A program made the translations under genes and the position numbers. From a virus (lineage: Duplodnaviria; Caudoviricetes): 57,790 bases of DNA. The DNA lies in IMG/VR virus record IMGVR_UViG_3300033149_006504, positions 1 through 57,790 of that record. One strand, given 5' to 3'. Shown here piece by piece: positions 28,301 through 35,124 of this stretch (the stretch's first letter is position 1; each line of letters begins with the position of its first letter). Below the pieces are notes generated by a model that made no database searches, was not told the DNA's origin, and saw only the letters and a list, made by a program, of their open reading frames with translations.

Positions 28301-28786
28301 GATGGTTCTTTAACCACTCGTTTGGCTGCAGAAGAAGTCGCTCGTGCTGCCGATGTCGATGCTGAGGAGGCCCGTGCATTAGCTGCCGAGGCTGTACTCC
28401 AAGCTGATATCGATCAGAACGAAGCAGACGGAGATGCTGCAATGGCTGCAGAAATCGCTGCTCGCCTCCTTCAAGAAGGAAAGGTAAGCACAGACATCGT
28501 AGCTATGAACACCAAATGGCAAATGCATGTATATCCAATCCAGGCAGCCGATATCGCACCAGGAATGGTTTTGAGTTTCGCTGCAAACGGACACGATCCA
28601 ATGTCGCAAGTTGCTTATGTATCCATTAACGGTATGATTATGGCACCAATCGTCGGCGGTTCGGGTGATTACACTTTGAACTTGGACGGAAGCGGTGATG
28701 TTGACGGTATTACTTTCGACATTCAGATTTATGCTGGCGATCGTATTGCTTACTACGGTGAGAAAGCTATCACACTTCTGTCGTAA
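25379..28786 (+). CDS. Ala/Asp/Glu-rich long coiled-coil fibre protein (fibritin-like analogue)
   Basis: 1135 aa of 18-residue repeats (SLTTRLGAEEAARAAADA; DADAAIAALQADVDGNEA), a duplicated DKDSFxEIVSLINAVDLTND insert, and a small C-terminal beta domain. Confidence 0.7.
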   Translation: MSKRTRLKGIDQVDIALSGVSDYETYADAVLAGDSGLADLSMDLFDIKALALSASVADYQAAAKNHAIINYGMLNYAVGIEEARALAAEAAIQADVDANEAAALAARNAIQADVDQNEADADAAIAALQADVDGNEADADAAIAALQADVDGNEADGDSDRAAIRSEIAAAKVISDALHAAIQSDVDQNELDSDAAETSLTTRLAAEEVARAADVDAEEARAIAAEAVLQADIDQNEVDADIAAASLTTRVAAEEAARASAVSSVDVRSAAEEAARAAGDSSLQVRLAAEEGSRASGDSSLQTRLSAEEARMDAVLLSSSADKDSFAEIVSLINAVDLTNDNDLAAAVLSLANVDSAEEAARLAADASLTTRVGVEEAARAAADSSLTTRLGVEEAARIADVDAEELRALAAEAALQADIDANEAASDAAEASLTTRLSAEEVARAAAISSSDIRVAAEEAARAAADSSLTTRLSAEESARVADVAALQADVDQNESDSDFAEASLTTRLGAEEVARAAADASIVVKHDAELAALQADVDGNESDADAAIAALQADVDGNEADADAAIAALQADVDGNETDSDAAEASLTTRLGVEEAARATADASIVTKHDAEMAALQADVDANEVASDAAEASLTTRLGAEEVARAAADGSLTTRLGAEEAARAAAISTLESKHDLEDAAEQTARAAADASLNSKIDAESAARIIDVDAEEARALAAEAALQADIDQNETDSDVAEASLTTRLGVEEAARAAADGSIDTRMGVEEAARAAADTSLSSRVLAEEGARASGDSSLTTRLGTEEARVDAILLAADADKDSFVEIVSLINAVDLTNDDALAAAVLSLANADSAEEAARIAADASLTTRLGAEEVARAAADTSLTTRVAAEEAARAAADASIDVVNAAMQADIDQNETDSDVAEASLTTRLGVEEAARAAADGSLTTRLGAEESARAAADGSIDTRMGVEEAARAAADGSLTTRLAAEEVARAADVDAEEARALAAEAVLQADIDQNEADGDAAMAAEIAARLLQEGKVSTDIVAMNTKWQMHVYPIQAADIAPGMVLSFAANGHDPMSQVAYVSINGMIMAPIVGGSGDYTLNLDGSGDVDGITFDIQIYAGDRIAYYGEKAITLLS
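25736..25843 (+). repeat. Exact 54-nt tandem duplication (2 copies) within the coiled-coil gene
   Basis: GATGCAGATGCTGCAATCGCCGCACTCCAAGCCGATGTTGATGGAAACGAAGCT occurs twice in tandem. Confidence 0.9.
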
Positions 28787-28822
28787 TAATCTATAAAGAT
28801 ATATAATTTCAATTATTTGTCT

Positions 28823-28853
28823 TGCCCCTCCACATTTGTGGGGGGGCACTTTT
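28823..28853 (+). terminator. Rho-independent terminator after the coiled-coil gene
   Basis: TGCCCCTCCAC-ATTT-GTGGGGGGGCA stem followed by CTTTTATTT. Confidence 0.75.
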
Positions 28854-28900
28854 ATTTGTAACTATATATTAGTGTTAAGAGGAACCGAGGAGGGAACAAA

Positions 28901-29284
28901 ATGTTTAAAAATATAATGTCTTTATTTTCCAAAAAGAAGCAGATCTCCGAAATATTAGAAGAACCCACAGAGGATAAAATTCCAGATCAGCCAGCCCCCC
29001 TTCCGGATGTTATAGAGGTCCCGTGGTCCCAATCAGCTGCCATTAAAAATTTTGAAGATAGCATAAACAAACTACATGGTGATTTAAAGTCCTTTTTCTA
29101 CGATGTGAAAATGAAAGAATATAAGGCCATAAAGGCAATCGAAAGACTGGAAGAGGCATCTGATACGAAAATAAAAGAGATAAAAGAACACTATGGAATC
29201 CCAGAGGGTGTTTTCTATTTTTTCGAAATCCCTGAAGCCACCGGCCGCCCTGGGTTTCTTAAGAAAAAGAAACCAAATAAATAA
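28901..29284 (+). CDS. Hypothetical protein
   Basis: 127-aa ORF with a GAGGAGG RBS. Confidence 0.7.
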   Translation: MFKNIMSLFSKKKQISEILEEPTEDKIPDQPAPLPDVIEVPWSQSAAIKNFEDSINKLHGDLKSFFYDVKMKEYKAIKAIERLEEASDTKIKEIKEHYGIPEGVFYFFEIPEATGRPGFLKKKKPNK

Positions 29285-29306
29285 TCCGTCTTTGGAAAAA
29301 TAAGAA

Positions 29307-29316
29307 ACTATTTATC
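29307..29316 (+). promoter_or_regulatory. Putative late promoter motif (ACTATTTATC)
   Basis: Intergenic, upstream of the tail sheath RBS. Confidence 0.55.
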
Positions 29317-29359
29317 TATGTGATAAAACAATCTAGATTTTTATAGGAGAATCCCTGGA

Positions 29360-32227
29360 ATGTCAGTTAAAAAATTCAAATTTGTATCTCCCGGCGTCTT
29401 CGTCAAAGAGATCGACAACTCTCAACTACCTGCAGCTGCACGAAGTGCTGGCCCAGTAGTTATCGGCCGCCTCCCCAGAGGCCCAGCAATGGAACCCATC
29501 AACATTAGTTCTTTTTCAGAATTTGTTGATGTTTTCGGAAACCCCGTCCCAGGGAAAGCAACTGGCGATGTGTGGAGAGACGGAAACCTTCAGGGGCCAA
29601 CTTATGCATCATATGCGGCCCAAGCATATTTAAGAAACAGTGTAGATGCCATTACGGTCTTAAGATTGGCCGGATTGGAAAACGATGATGCCGACGATCC
29701 AGCAGGTGCTGCAGGCTGGGGCACCGTTGACATCGACACTTCTCCGGCATCTAACGGTGGAGCATATGGCCTTTTTCTGTGCAACCCATCGGGATATACT
29801 GCCACAACCACCGAGCAGGGATACCTTGCAGGCATTTTCTATTTTGCTTCCGGCGGTGCAGTAGTAATGACCGGCACTTTGGCTGGTGCAGCCGCTCCAA
29901 CACAGGGAATCGGTGCACTATTCAACACATCCTCGGACATCGGAAGCTCTAAAGGTCCAGACTTCGAGGCTATGATTATTGATGCCTCGGATGCGGAAGT
30001 ATACAAGACAACTTTTAATTTCGATGTATCATCTAGAACATTCATCAGAAAAGTATTTAATACGAATCCGCAGTCAACAAACACCGCAGTTATTCCAACA
30101 GATTCTTTCTCTAGAGGTGAAGAGCTTTATTGGCTTGGGGAGACATACGAATCTTTCATTCAGAAAAAGCTCGATGACGGATCTCTAAGTACCGCCTCTT
30201 ACGGACTCATTCTTCCTTTCGACGACGCAACAAAATCTAATTACAGACAAGATGCAACGAAGGCTGCAACCGGGTGGTTCTTTTCTCAAGATGTGGGAAC
30301 CGACTGGGCATCATGGGAAGCATCAAAGATGCAAAACCTCTTCAAAATCCATGCTACCGAGCCGGGTAAATGGATTCAGGACAATCTCAAAGTATCGGTC
30401 CAAGGCTTAAGCTATTCTAGAGATACAACCGGAACAAATTCTTATGGATCTTTCACGGTAGTCGTTAGAAAGGCTGATGACACTGACGGAATAACTCAGA
30501 TTGTTGAAAGATTTTCAAATGTGAATTTGAATCCGCTCTCTGATAATTACATCGCCAAAAAAATTGGTGATAAATACAGAGTTTGGAGTCAAACAGATAA
30601 AGTTTTGAGAGAATACGGCGAATATGGGAATGCTTCAAAATACATTAGAGTAGAAGTGGCAGATACCGTCCGCAATGGTATTGCAGATCCAGTTTTACTG
30701 CCCTTTGGAGTATACGGGCCTTCCAAAATCAAGGATGTTTTGGTGGAAGCATCAGTAATGACCCCTGCAACTGTTTTAGAACCAGGGTCGGCTGGTCCTC
30801 GTAGTATCGCTGCAGGTGCCGGTGGCACCGAGATCAATACGGGTTCCTTGACACCATACACACTTAATATTAATTTCCCAGAAACACAATTAAGAATTTC
30901 TTCTTCAGCAGGCGGCTTGACGGATCAGACAGATGCTTATTTCGGTCTGAACGCCTCTTCCTACTTGGAGAATACAACATTTTATGCGAGCAATAGAGCA
31001 GATGCTGGCTTGGGAGATTATTTATATCCCCTCGGCGGCATCGCCTCTGGCGACATCGACAATCAGTGGGCTTTCTCTCTTGATAATGTTGTTAAGCCAC
31101 TTGGCAAAACATACACATATTATGCAGCAGGATCCAGAGTTGCTGGTGATTCATACTCAGCATCTGGCAGCTGGAGAGAAGTGGTAGATGACGGATGGAC
31201 TAGATTCACCTCGCCCCTCTTTGGTGGCTTTGATGGTTTGAACTTAGTAGAAGTGGAACCCTTCAGAAATACGGGCATGGACGGCGAAACTCTTCAGAGC
31301 GATTATGCACTGAACACTCTTCGTCAGTCTATTGACATAGTTGCAGACCCAGAAATGATTGATTGCAATCTTATAACTGCCCCAGGGATTACAAATACCG
31401 TTATAACAGATCACATGATGCAAGTTAGTGCAGATAGAGGAGATTGTTTAGCGATCGTGGATATTCAAGATGTTTATGTTCCTTTTACGGAAAATAAAAC
31501 TCAATATGCAGATCCTAGCCAGCGCCCCCAATCGGTCACTGCAGCAGTTTCGACTCTCGAAGAGCGACAAATAAACAACTCTTACGGCTGTACATACTAC
31601 CCATGGGTCCAGATCCAGGATAGTGTGACATCCAACAGCAGATTGTGGGTTCCACCTTCGGTTGTAGTATTGGGGACTTTTGCTTCCTCTGAAGCTCAAT
31701 CGGAAGTTTGGTTTGCACCTGCAGGGTTCAACAGAGGCGGGTTATCGCAAGGTTCCGCTGGAATCCCAGTGTTAAATGTTAGTCAGAGACTGACTTCGAA
31801 AGAGAGAGACAAACTATATGATGCTAACGTCAATCCTATTGCCTCTTTCCCGAATGAGGGCATCGTGATTTTCGGACAGAAAACACTCCAGGCAACACCT
31901 TCGGCTCTTGACCGAATCAATGTGAGAAGAATGATGATCTTTGTTAAGAAGCAAATTTCCATTTTTGCCAATTCGATTCTCTTTGATCAGAATGTGGAAG
32001 TTACTTGGAATAGATTTAAAAGTCTCGCTGATCCTTTCTTGGCCAGTGTACAGACTAGATTAGGCTTAAGCGACTACAGATTAATTTTGGACAATACAAC
32101 TACTACACCAGATTTGGTGGATCAGAACATTGTATATGCCAAAATCTTCTTGAAGCCAGCTAAAGCAATTGAGTATATTGCACTTGACTTTGTTATTACG
32201 AATCAAGGCGCAGGTTTTGAGGATTAA
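29360..32227 (+). CDS. gp18: Tail sheath protein (T4 gp18-like)
   Basis: SPGVFVKEID, YYPWV, WFAPAGFNRG, GQKTLQ..SALDRINVRR and IFLKPAKAIEYIALDF motifs. Confidence 0.95.
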   Translation: MSVKKFKFVSPGVFVKEIDNSQLPAAARSAGPVVIGRLPRGPAMEPINISSFSEFVDVFGNPVPGKATGDVWRDGNLQGPTYASYAAQAYLRNSVDAITVLRLAGLENDDADDPAGAAGWGTVDIDTSPASNGGAYGLFLCNPSGYTATTTEQGYLAGIFYFASGGAVVMTGTLAGAAAPTQGIGALFNTSSDIGSSKGPDFEAMIIDASDAEVYKTTFNFDVSSRTFIRKVFNTNPQSTNTAVIPTDSFSRGEELYWLGETYESFIQKKLDDGSLSTASYGLILPFDDATKSNYRQDATKAATGWFFSQDVGTDWASWEASKMQNLFKIHATEPGKWIQDNLKVSVQGLSYSRDTTGTNSYGSFTVVVRKADDTDGITQIVERFSNVNLNPLSDNYIAKKIGDKYRVWSQTDKVLREYGEYGNASKYIRVEVADTVRNGIADPVLLPFGVYGPSKIKDVLVEASVMTPATVLEPGSAGPRSIAAGAGGTEINTGSLTPYTLNINFPETQLRISSSAGGLTDQTDAYFGLNASSYLENTTFYASNRADAGLGDYLYPLGGIASGDIDNQWAFSLDNVVKPLGKTYTYYAAGSRVAGDSYSASGSWREVVDDGWTRFTSPLFGGFDGLNLVEVEPFRNTGMDGETLQSDYALNTLRQSIDIVADPEMIDCNLITAPGITNTVITDHMMQVSADRGDCLAIVDIQDVYVPFTENKTQYADPSQRPQSVTAAVSTLEERQINNSYGCTYYPWVQIQDSVTSNSRLWVPPSVVVLGTFASSEAQSEVWFAPAGFNRGGLSQGSAGIPVLNVSQRLTSKERDKLYDANVNPIASFPNEGIVIFGQKTLQATPSALDRINVRRMMIFVKKQISIFANSILFDQNVEVTWNRFKSLADPFLASVQTRLGLSDYRLILDNTTTTPDLVDQNIVYAKIFLKPAKAIEYIALDFVITNQGAGFED

Positions 32228-32271
32228 AAAAAGCTAGCAACTATATAGTTGTAGATAGGAGAAATTAAATC

Positions 32272-32814
32272 ATGGCTAATGAGTTTTGGACAAGTGCTAA
32301 TGTCGATCCAAAAAGGAAATATAGATTTGTGGTGGAGTTCGCAGGAGCTGGCGGAATTGGAGCCCTTTGGTTTGCTAAAACCGTCGACAAACCAGAGATA
32401 ACTGTTAATACTGGGGAAACAAAATTTATGCAACATACTTTTTATTACCCCGGCACCGTTCAGTGGAACGAGATTAACCTTACACTGGTTGATCCAGTAT
32501 CTCCAGATGCATCCGCAATAATGCTTCGGATTTTACAAGAATCTGGCTACACTGGCCCCCAAGGTGCTAAAACAAATATGAGATCTATCTCTAAAGCTTT
32601 AGCAACAGAGAGGCTCGGCCAAGTTGTCATCTCCCAATTATCTGCAGATGGAGAAACACAAGAGAAATGGACTCTGAAAAATGCTTTCATTACCAAAGTA
32701 TCCTGGGACGGTTTGGATTATTCTTCAGAAGAACTGAGCGAACTCACATTGACGATGAGATACGATTGGGCTAGTTGTGAAGTCGGTGAAAACAAAGCCG
32801 AATTCTTGAAATAA
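32272..32814 (+). CDS. gp19: Tail tube protein (T4 gp19-like)
   Basis: Follows the sheath gene; PKRKYRF, YYPG..QWNEINLT, WTLKNAF and LDYSSEE..LTLTMRYD motifs. Confidence 0.88.
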   Translation: MANEFWTSANVDPKRKYRFVVEFAGAGGIGALWFAKTVDKPEITVNTGETKFMQHTFYYPGTVQWNEINLTLVDPVSPDASAIMLRILQESGYTGPQGAKTNMRSISKALATERLGQVVISQLSADGETQEKWTLKNAFITKVSWDGLDYSSEELSELTLTMRYDWASCEVGENKAEFLK

Positions 32815-32831
32815 TAACATAGAGGTGAAAA

Positions 32832-33692
32832 TTGGCAAGAAACAGTAAGAGTAGGCTGGGCAAAGACCTAGAACCTACCAAACCTTCTGCATCGGACCCC
32901 GTTGCAGAATTAACAGAAACCGGTAGTTTGTCCTTTGCGACTCCAACCGAGTTCGTAGAACTTCCGTCAGGCGGTCATCATTATCCAGAAGGGCACCCAT
33001 TACACAATGTGGCCACCATCGAGATAAAATACATGACCGCGAAAGAGGAGGATATCCTATCTTCCAAAACTTTAATTAAGCAGGGCATTGCTATTGAAAG
33101 ATTGCTAAAAAGCATTATCATTGACAAGAGCATCCGTCCAGACTCTATTTTGAGTGGTGATCGCAACGCTATCCTGGTTGCATGCCGCATTAATGGATAT
33201 GGAAGTGAATACTCGACAAAAATCTCATGCCCTTCTTGCATGAGTTCGGCCGATCAGGAATTTGATTTATCAACCCTGTCGAATCGTGAAAACTCAGAAA
33301 AGGAAGAAGACGATTTTGAATGGACTTCTCCAAATACAATATCTGTTGTAGCCCCATTATGCAAGGTGAGAGTGGAAATGAAGCTCCTGACGGGAAAAGA
33401 AGAAAATTACCTTGCAAGATTAATTGAGTCGAAAAGAAAAAAGAAAATGCCAGAGAGTTCATTGACTGATACCCTAAACATACTGATATCATCTGTCAAT
33501 GGAGAAGAATCGAGAGCAATCATAAAAGAATTCATCGGAATTATTCCAGCTAGAGATTCTAAATTTCTTCGAAGAGCTTATGAGCAGGCTGCACCAAACC
33601 TAGATATGACACAGACCTTTGAATGTGATGTATGCAGTTATGTAACGGACGTGGAGGTTCCGTTCACCACTGACTTTTTTTGGCCTAAGTGA
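32832..33692 (+). CDS. Baseplate hub/tail assembly chaperone (T4 gp26-like)
   Basis: VELPSGG..Y, MTAKEEDIL, two CxxC pairs (CPSC, CDVC) and a C-terminal FFWP; TTG start with GAGGT RBS. Confidence 0.75.
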   Translation: MARNSKSRLGKDLEPTKPSASDPVAELTETGSLSFATPTEFVELPSGGHHYPEGHPLHNVATIEIKYMTAKEEDILSSKTLIKQGIAIERLLKSIIIDKSIRPDSILSGDRNAILVACRINGYGSEYSTKISCPSCMSSADQEFDLSTLSNRENSEKEEDDFEWTSPNTISVVAPLCKVRVEMKLLTGKEENYLARLIESKRKKKMPESSLTDTLNILISSVNGEESRAIIKEFIGIIPARDSKFLRRAYEQAAPNLDMTQTFECDVCSYVTDVEVPFTTDFFWPK

Positions 33693-33870
33693 TGAATACA
33701 TAAAGAATGTCTATGAAGAGTTCTTTTTGATGAAATATCATGGTGGATGGAGTTTTATTGAGGCATACAATTTGCCAATCAAAATCCGACGCTGGTTCTT
33801 AAATAGGTTAGCTGATCAGCTCAAAAAAGAAGCCGATGAGATGAAAAAATCTTCAAAAGGTAAGAGATAG
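33676..33870 (+). CDS. gp51-like C-terminal extension, probably reached by frameshift (not in ORF track)
   Basis: The +1 frame from the T7 run reads FFGLSDEYIKNVYEEFFLMKYHGGWSFIEAYNLPIKIRRWFLNRLADQLKKEADEMKKSSKGKR*; there is no ATG until 33730. Confidence 0.65.
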   Translation, partial: FFGLSDEYIKNVYEEFFLMKYHGGWSFIEAYNLPIKIRRWFLNRLADQLKKEADEMKKSSKGKR

Positions 33871-33890
33871 GGGATTATTTCTTACCTTTT

Positions 33891-33900
33891 ACTATTTATA
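33891..33900 (+). promoter_or_regulatory. Putative late promoter motif (ACTATTTATA)
   Basis: Intergenic, directly before the GGGAG RBS of the 33919 gene. Confidence 0.55.
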
Positions 33901-33918
33901 TAAAGGGAGACTATATCC

Positions 33919-34779
33919 GTGGCTGCTGACTTCTGGACAGAAAGCAATTTTCAACCAATGCAGAGATTTCGTTTTGATGTGCAGACGAATCTTTTCAAGA
34001 TGGACTCGGTAGGTGGTCCCGGTTCAAATATCGCTCAATTAGATATAACCCAACCTTTCACTATCAATCCAGCATACATTAAGGCTGTAAATTTGCCATC
34101 AGTTACTTTTGGGTATGATAACGATGCTGCAAATATTGGCTCTGACGGACCAAACATAGAATCACAAGACCCAACGATGACAGAACTCGAACTTCGATTC
34201 TATATGTTTCCCGACCTCGCGATTGATATCCAAGATATATTCCATACATACTATCTGCAAAATCTTAAGTCAAATGGTGCGAACCTGGACACATACCATG
34301 GCAGATTGCCAAGAATACTCAGCAAAGACAGGATCAGCCTAAAACCAAGTCGTTTAATTGTGGAAAAATCACAAATTATTGTTAATATATATGACCCAGG
34401 TGCCGGATCTCCAGTTTCCGGTACGGAACAGGCACTGGGCAACACATCCATCGCAAGGGAAGCCATCGCCCAGCTGCAGCATGACAAGGCGAACGGAATA
34501 CTGGGCATGATATCAGTTAAAAAAAGTGTCGACAGGCTCAAGGGGCGCTTACAACAAACCAGCACTCCGATACGAAGTATAAAATATTATGGAGTATATC
34601 CCGTTTCCTACGATCTTGGGACTCTAGAATACGGAAACTCAGAAATACTGGAAGGATCGATGAAATTTTATTTCCACGGTGTAGAGACCTTATCACCGAA
34701 CAAAAAAGGCAAATATGAGCAAATTATAAATAGCTCCTTCACTAATAAAGGAAAGCGAACCATGGGAGAATTTGAATAA
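33919..34779 (+). CDS. Tail-tube paralogue (gp54/tube initiator-like)
   Basis: Its N-terminus MAADFWT..PMQRFRF parallels the tube's MANEFWT..PKRKYRF; its C-terminal YPVSYDLGTLEYGNSE parallels the tube's FITKVSWDGLDYSSE. Confidence 0.55.
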   Translation: MAADFWTESNFQPMQRFRFDVQTNLFKMDSVGGPGSNIAQLDITQPFTINPAYIKAVNLPSVTFGYDNDAANIGSDGPNIESQDPTMTELELRFYMFPDLAIDIQDIFHTYYLQNLKSNGANLDTYHGRLPRILSKDRISLKPSRLIVEKSQIIVNIYDPGAGSPVSGTEQALGNTSIAREAIAQLQHDKANGILGMISVKKSVDRLKGRLQQTSTPIRSIKYYGVYPVSYDLGTLEYGNSEILEGSMKFYFHGVETLSPNKKGKYEQIINSSFTNKGKRTMGEFE

Positions 34780-35105
34780 TGGAACATATAGAGATAGATT
34801 TAGAAGAGATGAAAAAGAATGAAAACATGCTCAATGAAAGTTTCTTGAGAATGTATGGCACGGTCATAGAACTTCTCATAAAACAAATGTTTGGCATGCC
34901 GATGTTCTCGGGTACCAGCACTATTGCGGGCAAGTCGGGAGACATTAGGGCTTTCGCAAAAGCAATTGGGAACGAAAAGAAATATATCGAGACAGCAAAA
35001 AAATATGGATTAGATAATCCAAAGACCTATAAGCAGAAAAGTGTGTTGACCAAAGCCACCAAAGCTTTTGAGTCGAAAACAGGCATTAAGTGGCCGTTTA
35101 AGTAA
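34779..35105 (+). CDS. Hypothetical protein
   Basis: 108-aa ORF, TAATG-coupled to the upstream gene. Confidence 0.7.
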   Translation: MEHIEIDLEEMKKNENMLNESFLRMYGTVIELLIKQMFGMPMFSGTSTIAGKSGDIRAFAKAIGNEKKYIETAKKYGLDNPKTYKQKSVLTKATKAFESKTGIKWPFK

Positions 35106-35124
35106 ACAGGAAACCTTTTAAGAA

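Noticed and set aside
25700-28400. Regularly spaced DNA repeats resembling a CRISPR array
   Set aside because: The repeats are in-frame coding units with synonymous variation; there are no unique spacers and no cas genes.
25496-28442. Long minus-strand and alternate-frame ORFs (e.g. 27232..28107, 291 aa) over the coiled-coil gene
   Set aside because: They are shadow ORFs created by the GCN/GAN-rich repetitive codons of the real + strand gene, with no RBS or family motifs.
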